64,000 nucleotides of DNA from Planctomycetota bacterium (lineage in GTDB: Bacteria > Planctomycetota > PLA2 > JAEUHO01), in NCBI GenBank assembly GCA_965223505.1, contig CBDCWP010000031.1, positions 1-64,000 of the forward strand, read 5' to 3'. Shown in pieces: positions 1-8,460 of this stretch. Position 1 is the stretch's first letter. Every line of letters begins with the position of its first letter. The notes beneath the pieces are model-generated. The model had not been told where the DNA came from. It ran no database searches and worked only from the letters and a program-made list of their open reading frames with translations. Position numbers and translations under genes: made by a program.

Positions 1-225
1 GCCCGATCGGACCGGGGTCGAGGTGATCGGGAGCTGCGGTCGCAGATGGAGACCGTGGCGTTGCCGATCCTGATGTTGACGGGGCTGCAGGACGAGGCGA
101 TGGAGTCGATCAGCCTCGACGCGGGCGCGGACGACAACATCACGAAGCCGGTCGTGCCGGAGCGGCTGCGAGCCCGGGTCGCTGCGTTGCTGCGGCAGCA
201 ACAGCGGATGCGCCGGCGCGCGTAG
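1..225 (+). CDS. Response-regulator receiver domain, 5'-truncated by the window edge, with an apparent 1-nt frameshift near position 28
   Basis: Frame 2 reads PDRTGVEVI. Frame 1 continues RELRSQMETVALPILMLTG...LDAGADDNITKP...LRARVAALLR to TAG at 223-225. PILMLT, GADD and KP are receiver hallmarks. Confidence 0.75.
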   Translation, partial: ARSDRGRGDRELRSQMETVALPILMLTGLQDEAMESISLDAGADDNITKPVVPERLRARVAALLRQQQRMRRRA

Positions 226-241
226 AGCGTGCCTTTGGCGA

Positions 242-292
242 GCGTAGGAACACATTGGGCAGGTTCCTACGCCCGCCTCCGGCGTTTCTTTC
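242..292 (+). terminator. Inverted repeat plus a short GC hairpin and T-rich tail after the receiver gene (possible terminator)
   Basis: GCGTAGGAAC (242-251) / GTTCCTACGC (263-272) is a perfect 10-bp inverted repeat, followed by CGCC-TCC-GGCG-TTTCTTT. Confidence 0.35.
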
Positions 293-386
293 GTTCTCAT
301 TCCAGGGCGCGGTGCGCCCAAGATTCCCACACCCTGTACGCGCGAGTTTGCGGGGGCTGACACGGAAAATGCGGAATGTGTTGACG

Positions 387-524
387 TGTAGGGGCGGGGC
401 GAGGCCCCGCCCGCCGCGTGCGCCGTCGGAGTGCGAGCCGTCGTTGGACCCGTGGTCGCCGGCGGAGGCGTTCCCTGCGATCGTGTCTGGTCGTTCGCGG
501 GCGACCACGAGGGTCGCCCCTACA
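387..524. repeat. Inverted pair of GTAG-family REP-like elements (REPIN-like)
   Basis: GTAG-GGGCGGGGC-GAG-GCCCCGCCC at 388-412 (+) and GTAG-GGGCGACC-CTCGT-GGTCGCCC at 523-499 (-). Each is GTAG followed by a palindrome, and the outer ends TGTAGGGGCG / CGCCCCTACA are complementary. Confidence 0.6.
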
Positions 525-615
525 TGGGTCGGCGGTTCATCGTCCGCCCGCAACGGACTCTTAACGCCGCACGCTTGCCGTGTGATTCAACGGCCGAAGA
601 AGCCGTTGCAAGGAA

Positions 616-644
616 ATGGTAGCGGCGGGCGGACTCGAACCGCC
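616..644 (-). repeat. att-like duplicate of the tRNA-Met 3' end (distal island boundary)
   Basis: ATGGTAGCGGCGGGCGGACTCGAACCGCC is identical to 9437-9465 (T arm, acceptor stem and CCA of the tRNA). Confidence 0.9.
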
Positions 645-800
645 TCGCCGGCGCGCTGGCACGCAGGAGGCTAGAACGTTCGAGGGGGACTCGGCTTCTC
701 TTCGCGGCGTTTCTTCCGCCAGCGGCCAAACGGGCACTCTGTGTCCATTTGACGAACGACAACACGGCTGCGCACTCAGGGTGCGTTGGAGGAGAGAGCA

Positions 801-1145
801 ATGCAGATTCCCATCAAGATCCGCGAGACGCTTACGGGCGCCACGACCGTCAAGTCACCTGGCATCGACGTGAGCGGGATGCCGTTGGCCGCGATCAATC
901 TGACCGTCCACACAACGGGGGGGACCGTCTCGACCTTCACGGTTCAGTTCCAGACCAGCGGGAATCTGGAGGACTGGACCAACGTCGGACCGGCTGTATC
1001 GCAGACAACGGCGGGAGTCGCGCTCGACGAGATCAACGTCAAGGACGACAAGTACGGTCGATACGTGCGCGCCGTCGTCGCCATGACCGGGACGGACCCG
1101 CTGATTAACTACAGCCTCTGGCTGGACACCTATCCTTCGAGCTAG
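801..1145 (+). CDS. Small (114 aa) Thr/Val-rich predicted beta-sandwich protein resembling small phage virion-associated proteins
   Basis: GGAGGAG RBS before ATG 801. The pattern FTVQFQTSGNLEDW...YGRYVRAVV has alternating beta-strand character. The family resemblance is by eye only. Confidence 0.7.
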   Translation: MQIPIKIRETLTGATTVKSPGIDVSGMPLAAINLTVHTTGGTVSTFTVQFQTSGNLEDWTNVGPAVSQTTAGVALDEINVKDDKYGRYVRAVVAMTGTDPLINYSLWLDTYPSS

Positions 1146-1326
1146 TTCGTTCCGACGAGATCATCTAGCTCTAGGGAAGGGGACCGCCATGCAGTTACTC
1201 GGACCTCAAGGGTCGTACGATATATCGCTGCCTCTGCCTCCGACGGGAACGCCCGGGGGACCGATGTACGCCACTCCTGTCTCCGTTCCAGTTCCCGGGG
1301 CGGTTGCGCCTTCGGGAGGTGGTGGT

Positions 1327-1411
1327 GGGTGAGGCCCCGGGGGATGTCCGCCAGGTGGCGGGCAACCGGGCTCCGGGTGAGGTCCGGGGGGATGCCCACC
1401 AGGTGGCGGGC
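1327..1411 (+). repeat. Two 37-nt direct repeats 48 nt apart, encoding G-[TGA]-GPGGCPPGGG, each with a SECIS-like hairpin
   Basis: 1327-1363 and 1375-1411 differ at 4 positions, all silent third positions. AGGT hairpin loops lie at 1353-1356 and 1401-1404. Confidence 0.85.
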
Positions 1412-1529
1412 CAGATTTTTCGCCCGGGTCGCCAATGACCCAAGACTCTGTTGGGCGGCAGGACCGTCTCGACAAGGTCGAAAGCGACCTGCTTTCAGTG
1501 TTCGAGTCGGAAGCGGGCTCTGTCGAAAC

Positions 1530-2926
1530 GGCAGAGCAACGTTCTTTCTGTAAATCGCTGAGCGGTTGATCAAGCGTCGTCCCTCGGCAAGTACCTCCGT
1601 CCGGTTTCCCATTCCTCGCTGATCTCGATGAGCACCGCGCTCGCAAGCCGCAGCAAGGACGCTTCGTTTGGAAAGAGTCCGGCAACACGCGTGCGCCGCC
1701 GGATCTGTTGATTCAGGTTTTCGAGGCTGTTGGTGGTGCGCAGGCGCTTGCGTTGCGCCTCGTTGAGGCCATGGTCGAACACGGTGAATCCCTGCGAGAT
1801 GTTCTCCTCGGCCCAACGCGCCAAGTCGGGCGCGGGCTTGTCCCACTTCTTTACGAAGGCCTCGAGCTTCTCTTGAGCCTCGCGCCGCGACGTCGCGTTG
1901 AACGCGGCGCGAAGATCAGCGGCGACGTCGCGTCGAAGCTTCTGACGCGGCACGTAAGCTTGTGCGTTCTGCTGCAGGTGGAACTGGCAGCGCTGCCAGG
2001 CGACGCCGGCGAAGCGGGCAGCGAGCGCGGCGGCCAAGCCCTTGTGGCCGTCGCTGGTGATGAGCTCGACGCCATGCAGTCCGCGGTCCTGGAGCGAGCT
2101 GAGGAACTCGCGCCAGTGAACCTCGGCTTCCGAAAGGCTCACGCTCGTTCCCAGCACGCTGCGCCTGCCGTCGTGGCCGATGCCGATGGCGATGAGCAGC
2201 GCGCAGTCGCGCACCGATCCGCCGTGGCGCACCTTCTCGTAGCGGGCATCGAGCACGAGGTACTTGAATGCCCCGAGCGGCCGTGTGCGCCAACGCGAAA
2301 GCTCCTCATCGAGCAGCGCAGCTGCTCGCGACACGCTCGTGGAGCTGATTTCAAGGCCGTTGCAAAGCACCTTCGTAATCTCCTCGACACGGCGCGTCGA
2401 AACACCCTGGACGTACATCTCCGCCAAAGCCAGCGTGAGCGCTCTCTCGCTTCGCTGGCCGCGTTCAAGGCTCGATGGGTAAAACGCATCGCCGCCCTCG
2501 ACGTCGCGCACCTGAGGCACCTGTACGTCGATCTCGCCTAGGCGCGTGCGAACGCGCTTGGGCTTGAACCCGTTGGCGTACCCGCGACGCTGCTCGCTGC
2601 GCTCGTGCGGTTCAGCGCCGAGGAAGGCACTGCGTTCGATTCTCATGGACTCGTTGATCAGCACTCGCATCGCCTCGGCCATGCCGTCGAATCCGCTCTC
2701 GCTGAGCGCTTCCAGGGCGTCGGCCCACGGCGTACGCTGTTCGTGGTGGGTCACGTCGATCTCCAATGCAAGTTGTCGTAGACCTGCAAAGGTACGGCGT
2801 TGATCCGCCACTCAGTTGACCCCGGGAGATGGCGGCGCGCCCGCTTCGCTTGAATCAGCTAGCTGATTCAAGCGAAGCGAGCGCCTCTCTCTCGGGAGCC
2901 ATTTACAGAAAGAACGGTACACCCTC
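1530..2926 (-). mobile_element. IS256-family insertion sequence, complete (1397 bp)
   Basis: Imperfect 26-bp TIRs GGCAGAGCAACGTTCTTTCTGTAAAT / GAGGGTGTACCGTTCTTTCTGTAAAT, and an 8-bp TSD GTCGAAAC at 1522-1529 and 2927-2934. Confidence 0.93.
1570..2754 (-). CDS. IS256-family (mutator-type DDE) transposase
   Basis: Motifs MYVQGVSTRRV, YLVLDARYEKVR, ITSDGHKGL, QRCQFH and RTTNSLENLNQQIRRR. Likely GTG start at 2754 after GGAG (track start 2811). Confidence 0.95.
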   Translation of the reverse strand: MTHHEQRTPWADALEALSESGFDGMAEAMRVLINESMRIERSAFLGAEPHERSEQRRGYANGFKPKRVRTRLGEIDVQVPQVRDVEGGDAFYPSSLERGQRSERALTLALAEMYVQGVSTRRVEEITKVLCNGLEISSTSVSRAAALLDEELSRWRTRPLGAFKYLVLDARYEKVRHGGSVRDCALLIAIGIGHDGRRSVLGTSVSLSEAEVHWREFLSSLQDRGLHGVELITSDGHKGLAAALAARFAGVAWQRCQFHLQQNAQAYVPRQKLRRDVAADLRAAFNATSRREAQEKLEAFVKKWDKPAPDLARWAEENISQGFTVFDHGLNEAQRKRLRTTNSLENLNQQIRRRTRVAGLFPNEASLLRLASAVLIEISEEWETGRRYLPRDDA

Positions 2927-3794
2927 GTCGAAACTCTCGATCAACATGGGGCGATTCCTGACGGCGGTCCGGTCGGAGCCACGCGCTTGGCCCTAGCAGC
3001 CTCACTCGACTCGAACGTGCCGTACTCCTTCGCGAATAGTCCCTTTCGCTTTGTCGACGGGCCGGATGGTAGACCAGTACCTACCGGCCCTGCTCCAGGC
3101 AAACCCGACCCGAATCCGTACACGGACTGGCCAGCGAGTATCCCTGCTCATGGCGCCCCGACCGGCAAGGGCAGAGTCTATCCAGGCACTCCAGCCCCCG
3201 GCACTGGTCCCCGCGGGAGGTGTGGGGCTTTCAAGTACAACGAGAACGAGATCAGGTACCACGGTAAGGGGGTCTGGTTCGATGTCGTCGACCGAGCGCC
3301 GGGTGCGACCTACTTTTGGATTCAGTATGTAAAGGAACTAATGGGATGGACAGATCCGACGGGCCAGGTGAAGAAGCCTAAGAAGATCCTCGGGAACAAC
3401 GGAGAACGAGGGAAGTGGAATCTCGACGGTGCAACTCGGTCGAATCCCGGATACCCGCATCAGGATGGAGGGATAATGGTCGATGCTCCTGGCCCCGGCC
3501 GCCCGCGGGGAGCGAGGGAGGGCGACTCAAGGGCGCAGCTCTACCTCAATGCGCAGGGCCAGATGAACGCGTTTGGAGGTCACTCGAGCAACTGGCCGGG
3601 AAGTCCGCCCGTAACTGAGATGTGGGTCTTGACCGAGTTCCAAACGTATTTGATCGAGGTGACTGAGAGTGCAAGCCGCGTTGTGGGCTACTATGAGTGG
3701 ATGAACTGGTTTCACTTTGACTTGAATGGGAAGCCGCCCTTCTACGAGGTCAAGGGAGGAGCGGGAGACGCAACTTGGCATTCGACGAGTTAGT

Positions 3795-4397
3795 ATGAAA
3801 AGAGGCTCTGGCCTGAAGCTAGCTGTCACCGTTGTGGGGATCAGTCTCATGATCCTAGGGGCTGTCGCGATTTGGAAGCCCCCACGAACTGGTGGCCGGG
3901 TCGACTTCGTCAGTGTAGATGAGTCGACCAGGGGTGCGGCCGTGCCTCAGTTAGAGGGCCGAAGTGGCCACTCCGAACGACCTACTGAGGTTGGGTTATC
4001 CGCTAGGCTTCCTCTCGGTGATCTCATCGAGAGCCTATTCTCTTCGCCAGCAGACGACGGAAGTCGTCATCGTACGCTTGAGCGGCTGAAGAGTGAGCCG
4101 GGGATAACTCCCGAGTTGATCGATCAGTACTGCCCGCGCGAACTGATCGACATCGACGGCCTCATGCATCTTGCCTTGCTCCTTGATTGGATGTGGGCAG
4201 CGCGCCAGGAGACCATTTCCCATCCTAGTGATGCATGGTGCAAGTGTCTCATGCGCCTAGTTCTGCCGGGCCGTTCGCGAGCAAGAGCGATCGGGCTCCG
4301 ACTCGCCGGGCGCTCACTTCGTGAGGGCATCGTTACGGCTGGAGGATCGAGACACGTGAAGCCCTGCGAGCTAATGAACTCTCTCAGGAAGGTCGAC
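3795..4397 (+). pseudogene. 5' part of an N-terminally membrane-anchored, Leu-rich helical protein, interrupted by the second IS256 (possible immunity or partner protein)
   Basis: ATG 3795 lies 1 nt after the upstream stop. TM helix LAVTVVGISLMILGAVAIW. The frame runs into the IS256 TIR at 4398. Confidence 0.6.
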
Positions 4398-5664
4398 GAG
4401 GGTGTACCGTTCTTTCTGTAAATGGCTCCCCGGAGGAGAGGCGCTCGCTTCGCTTGAATCAGCTAGCTGATTCAAGCGAAGCGGGCGCGCCGCCATCTCC
4501 CGGGGCGAACTGAGTGGCGGATCAACGCCGTACCTTTGCAGGTAACGACACCACGCAAAGGAGGAACGACGTGACCCACCACGAACAGCGTACGCCTTGG
4601 GGCGACGCACTGGAAGCGCTCAGCGAGAACGGGTTCGACGGCATGGCTGAGGCGATGCGGGTGCTGGTGAACGAGGCCATGAAGGTCGAACGCAGTGCCT
4701 TCCTCGGCGCCGAGCCCCACGAACGCACGGATCAGCGCCGCGGCTACGCCAACGGCTTCAAGCGCAAGCGCGTCAGAACCCGCTTGCGCGAGATCGACGT
4801 CCAGGTGCCCCAGGTTCGCGACGTCGAGGGCGGCGACACGTTCTACCCCTCCAGCCTTGAACGCGGCCAGCGAAGCGAGAGAGCGCTCACGCTGGCCCTG
4901 GCGGAGATGTACGTCCAGGGCTGTCTCGACGCGGCGTGTCGAGGCGATCACGAAGGTGCTTTGCAACGGCCTTGGAGATCAGCTCCACGAGCGTGTCTCG
5001 AGCAGCTGCGCTGCTCGACGAGGAGCTCGAGCGCTGGCGCACACGTCCGCTCGGCGCGTTCAAGTACCTCGTACTCGACGCTCGCTACGAGAAGGTGCGC
5101 CACGGCGGATCGGTGCGCGACTGCGCTGTGCTGATCGCCATCGGCGTCGATTCTCACGGCAAGCGCAGCGTGCTGGGAACGAGCGTGAGCCTCTCGGAGG
5201 CCGAGGTCCACTGGCGCGAGTTCCTCGCTTCTCTCCAGGACCCGCGGCCTTCACATGGCGTCGAGCTCATCACCAGCGACGGCCACAAGGGCATTGCGGC
5301 CGCGCTGGCGTGCGCGGTTCGCCGGCGTGGCCTGGCAGCGCTGCCAGTTCCACCTGCAGCAGAACGCGCAGAGCTACGTTCCGCGCCAGAAGCTTCGACG
5401 CGACGTTGCCGCTGACCTTCGCGCCGCGTTCAATGCGACGTCGCGTCGCGAGGCCGAAGAGAAGCTCAAGGCCTTCGTGAAGAAGTGGGACAAGCCCGCG
5501 CCCGACCTGGCGCGCTGGGCCGAAGAGAACATTCCGCAGGGCTTCACCGTGTTCGATCTCGGCCTGAACGAAGCGCAGCGCAAGCGCGAGAACCTGAATC
5601 AGCAGATCCGCCGCCGCACCATTGTTTCCGAACAGCAGAGCGCGGTGCTCATGAGATACGCTGC
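4398..5664 (+). mobile_element. Second IS256-family element, a related but non-identical isoform, frameshifted and lacking a recognisable right end
   Basis: Same left TIR GAGGGTGTACCGTTCTTTCTGTAAAT at 4398. The transposase (GTG 4571) is split over ORFs 4514..5134, 4936..5415 and 5255..5680. The 3' end decays by multiple deletions. Confidence 0.88.
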
Positions 5665-5930
5665 CCGAACGACCTACTGAGGTTGGGTTATCGCCGCCTA
5701 TTCTCTTCGCCGAGACGAGCGTCATCGTACGCTTGAGCGGCTGAGCCGGATAACTCGCGATCAGTACGCCCGGCGCTCATCGACGGCCTCATCATCTTGC
5801 CTTGCTCCTTGATTGGAGGAAGCGCGCCAGGAGACCATTTCCCATCCTCAGGAGCGACGCTGACTCGCCCGCTCACTTCGTGAGCGCATCGTTACGGCTG
5901 GAGAGCAGAACGTTAAGGAACTTCTCAGGA
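5665..5930 (+). repeat. Deletion-riddled copy of 3973-4389
   Basis: Collinear exact blocks such as CCGAACGACCTACTGAGGTTGGGTTATC, CATCTTGCCTTGCTCCTTGATTGGA and AGCGCGCCAGGAGACCATTTCCCATCCT. The copy is 266 nt versus 417 nt for the original. Confidence 0.9.
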
Positions 5931-6007
5931 GTCCCACAAGTTCGCACTTTGAGAAAGCATCGTCGGCAGTTCTCCTGTCGTCGAGCGGGGATCTAGAAAC
6001 GGCGGCC

Positions 6008-6658
6008 ATGGTGAAACTTGTTGGTGTGGCGGTCTCGCAATGTGAGAACTGGGGGTACGCCCAGATTCCACTTCTACTGCGTGGCGACCGCAGCCTTCAA
6101 GATGATCTCGTCGATGAGATCCTCGCTGGCCTACATAGGGAGTGGCCGCGCAACGTTGCTTTCAATGGAGACCAACCGTCCTTGAGCGCGAGTGGACATC
6201 CACACTGGCACTCATATGCAGAGCTGATCGCGAGATCTGATCTTCTCACGAACCACTTGGAACATCAGTTGAGCACTGGGGTTGTTGAGAGTGCCGGTGC
6301 CGAAATTTCTCTTCGGAGTGCAACCTGCGTACTCCTTCAACGGCCCCACAGTTCGGTGGCGGCGTCGGTCTTCGCGAGGAGCTATCCGGATTCTGTGCGT
6401 GCTGCTCGCGAGGAGGCGGCAAGGTGCCTCTTGTCCAGCCGAGAGATGTCCGAAGATACTTGGTACTCCTTGTTGTCTCGATCTGAACAACTGTCGTCAA
6501 GTGTGCGGCAGCGCCTAGTAGCTCGACTCGCGCATGATGCCGACCTGCTCGTGCGGGTACTGGATCGAATTGTAGAGGAGGACTTGGAGCTGGCGGCACA
6601 ACTGAGACGCCATGCTGAGGAGCACTTCGATGCCGTTCGAACCGCCGAGAAGAAGTAG
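6008..6658 (+). CDS. Helical hypothetical protein; probably the 3' part of the gene starting at 3795
   Basis: 216-aa ORF on the same strand with similar Leu/Arg-rich helical composition. It follows the duplicated segment that ends at the IS insertion point. Confidence 0.5.
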   Translation: MVKLVGVAVSQCENWGYAQIPLLLRGDRSLQDDLVDEILAGLHREWPRNVAFNGDQPSLSASGHPHWHSYAELIARSDLLTNHLEHQLSTGVVESAGAEISLRSATCVLLQRPHSSVAASVFARSYPDSVRAAREEAARCLLSSREMSEDTWYSLLSRSEQLSSSVRQRLVARLAHDADLLVRVLDRIVEEDLELAAQLRRHAEEHFDAVRTAEKK

Positions 6659-6852
6659 CCCACCCTGCGTTCGCGCTCTCGCCTTGACGCCCCCCAAGCT
6701 GTCGTGTTTCCGTGGTGGTGCTCCTGCCGGGAGCTGTGCTCTTTGACTTCCGCGTTCGTGCACTCAGCTTTCGTAAAGCGGGGGTCATCCGTTCAACGGT
6801 AAGCGTCCGGCGAAACCCGCCTTGCGTTCGTCGGCGAGTCACGTAGGGGACG

Positions 6853-8460
6853 CTACGCGCGAGCGAAGAGCTTCTTCAGCGCGCTCTGGCGTCGCTGCTC
6901 GACGTCCGGCAGGAAGTGTTCCTTCCATCCGTGCGGCGTGAGCTTGGTCACATCCGAGCACGTGGCGATGCGCAGCAACACGTCCTGGAAGTACTCGCGC
7001 GGATTCACGCCCGCGGCCTTGCAGCTCTCCACCAGGCTGTACATTCCCGCGGCCGTCTCGCCGCCGGCCTGGTTGCCTACGAACATCCAGTTCTTGCGTC
7101 CCACCGCGACGCCTCTGAGCGCGCGCTCCGCGGCGTTGTTGTCGATCGGAAGCCGCCCGTCCTCGGTGTAGCGCACGAGCGCGTCCCAGTTGGATAGCGC
7201 GTAGTCGATGGCCTGGCCCATGGCGCCTTTGTCCAGAACCGTCGAGCGCGTTGCCGCGAACCACGTCCGCAGCGCGCCAAGTCGCGGCAGGGACTCACGT
7301 ACGCGAAGCTCTCTTCGAGCTTTCGCGTCCAGGTCCTTGCCGAGCTTCTCGATTGCGTACAACTCGCCGATCTGGCGAATCGCTTCCTTGGCCAGCTTCG
7401 GCTCGCTCGACTCCGCCGCCACGAACTTCCGACGCGCGTGTGCCCAGCAGGCCACTTCCGTGGCCGTGCCGTGCGTGAAGAACTTGTCGTAGCCCGGAAA
7501 CGCATCGGCCACGATGTAGCCGCCGAAGTCGCCGAAGATCTTCTGTGGCCCGTCCCGGCTGCGAGTCTGCGTGAAATCGAAGAAGCAACGGCCGTCGATG
7601 TCGCGATAGATCCACACCCGCGCCTGGCGCTTCACGCCCGTGCTGTCTTGAAGCATCGTCACCGGTGTGTCGTCGGTGTGCACGATGTCCGAACCCAGAA
7701 TCTCGCGCCGCAGTTGATCCACGATGGGCTCCAGGAGCTGTGCGCAGCGGATCGAGGAAGAAGAGAGCACCGAGCGCGAGAGCGAAAGGCCTTCCGATCC
7801 GTACTTCTTCTCCTGCCGGTGATACGGCATGTGATTCAAGAACCGCTCCGTGAGCACGTGCGCCAAGAACCCCACACCCAGGATGCCCTTGTCGATCACC
7901 CGCTCAGGACCCGCCGCGGTCACCACGTTCTCTTGGCAACTTCGGCAGCTGTACTTCACCCGCTCGATCTCGTGCACCAGCGAGAACTCCACCCGCTCGA
8001 GCTCCTTGCTGGTTTGCTTGCCCATCGGCTCCAAATGGCCGCCGCAGGGGCATGAGCGCTCCGTCTCCGCAAGCTCGAACGTCGTCTTGAGCACCGGCAG
8101 GTGCTCGGGGAACTGGTTGCGGCGCCCCTTCTTCTTGCGCGTGTGCGCAGGAACCTGGATCTGGCTCGTGGCCACCGCACCCTTGGCCTCAGGCCCGCGC
8201 AGCGCTCGCTCGAGGATGCCGGCCAGGAACAACTGCGCGGATTCAAGCGGCGCAGCGTTGGTCGATTGCTTCTCCGAGCCGCCCCAGATCATGCGCTTGA
8301 GCGCATCCACGTTTTGTAGGAGTTGCGCGATCTTCGCATCGCGCGATTCGATCGCAGCGTCGCGCTCTCCGATCTTCGCGTCGCGCGCCGACACCTCGTT
8401 CTCGAGCTCATTGATACGTTCGAGAAGGGCCGTGCGTTCATCCATGCGCGCTGCGTTCAT
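6853..8460 (-). CDS. tnpC: IS66 transposase TnpC
   Basis: Coiled-coil N-terminus, CPCGG...CRSC zinc finger, HTDDTPV, ACWAHARRKF, IDNNAAERALR and GRKNWMF. Confidence 0.95.
   Translation of the reverse strand: MNAARMDERTALLERINELENEVSARDAKIGERDAAIESRDAKIAQLLQNVDALKRMIWGGSEKQSTNAAPLESAQLFLAGILERALRGPEAKGAVATSQIQVPAHTRKKKGRRNQFPEHLPVLKTTFELAETERSCPCGGHLEPMGKQTSKELERVEFSLVHEIERVKYSCRSCQENVVTAAGPERVIDKGILGVGFLAHVLTERFLNHMPYHRQEKKYGSEGLSLSRSVLSSSSIRCAQLLEPIVDQLRREILGSDIVHTDDTPVTMLQDSTGVKRQARVWIYRDIDGRCFFDFTQTRSRDGPQKIFGDFGGYIVADAFPGYDKFFTHGTATEVACWAHARRKFVAAESSEPKLAKEAIRQIGELYAIEKLGKDLDAKARRELRVRESLPRLGALRTWFAATRSTVLDKGAMGQAIDYALSNWDALVRYTEDGRLPIDNNAAERALRGVAVGRKNWMFVGNQAGGETAAGMYSLVESCKAAGVNPREYFQDVLLRIATCSDVTKLTPHGWKEHFLPDVEQRRQSALKKLFARA

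Larger units (their letters stand above)
1189..3793 (+). pseudogene. IS256-interrupted gene (1189-1529 joined to 2935-3793, 399 codons) with two in-frame TGA codons (candidate selenoprotein); Gly/Pro-rich N-terminus, toxin-like globular C-terminus
   Basis: GGAAGGGG RBS and ATG 1189. The frame is continuous across the TSD (FESEAGSVE|TLDQHG...) into track ORF 2987..3793. TGA codons at 1330-1332 and 1378-1380. Confidence 0.6.

Noticed and set aside
1..45. Programmed frameshift in the receiver-domain gene
   Set aside because: There is no slippery sequence. A single-base deletion (consensus error or decay) is simpler given the other indels in this region.
588..608. Hairpin CAACGGC-N7-GCCGTTG just beyond the att duplicate, as the original tRNA terminator
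   Set aside because: There is no U-tract on the minus strand, so it cannot be supported as an intrinsic terminator.
616..644. Second tRNA gene
   Set aside because: Only the T arm and acceptor 3' strand are present, with no D or anticodon arm. It is an att fragment.
1330..1380. Genome-wide UGA reassignment (genetic code 4 or 25) as the explanation for the in-frame TGAs
   Set aside because: TGA is used as a normal stop by many backbone genes here (e.g. 13494, 15844, 34224, 46706), often in ATGA/GTGA overlaps.
1206..1688. Minus-strand Pro-rich ORF (PPPGGHPPGPHP repeats) in the ORF track
   Set aside because: Its listed start lies inside IS256. After IS removal the frame hits a stop at 2941-2943. 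The plus frame has an RBS, operon context and continuity into 2987..3793. Kept only as a caveat to the selenoprotein finding.
2946..2975. Alternate-frame MGRFLTA resembling an Rhs core GRF...DP motif
   Set aside because: It needs several indels to form an Rhs core, while the other frame is uninterrupted across the IS junction. No YD repeats are present.
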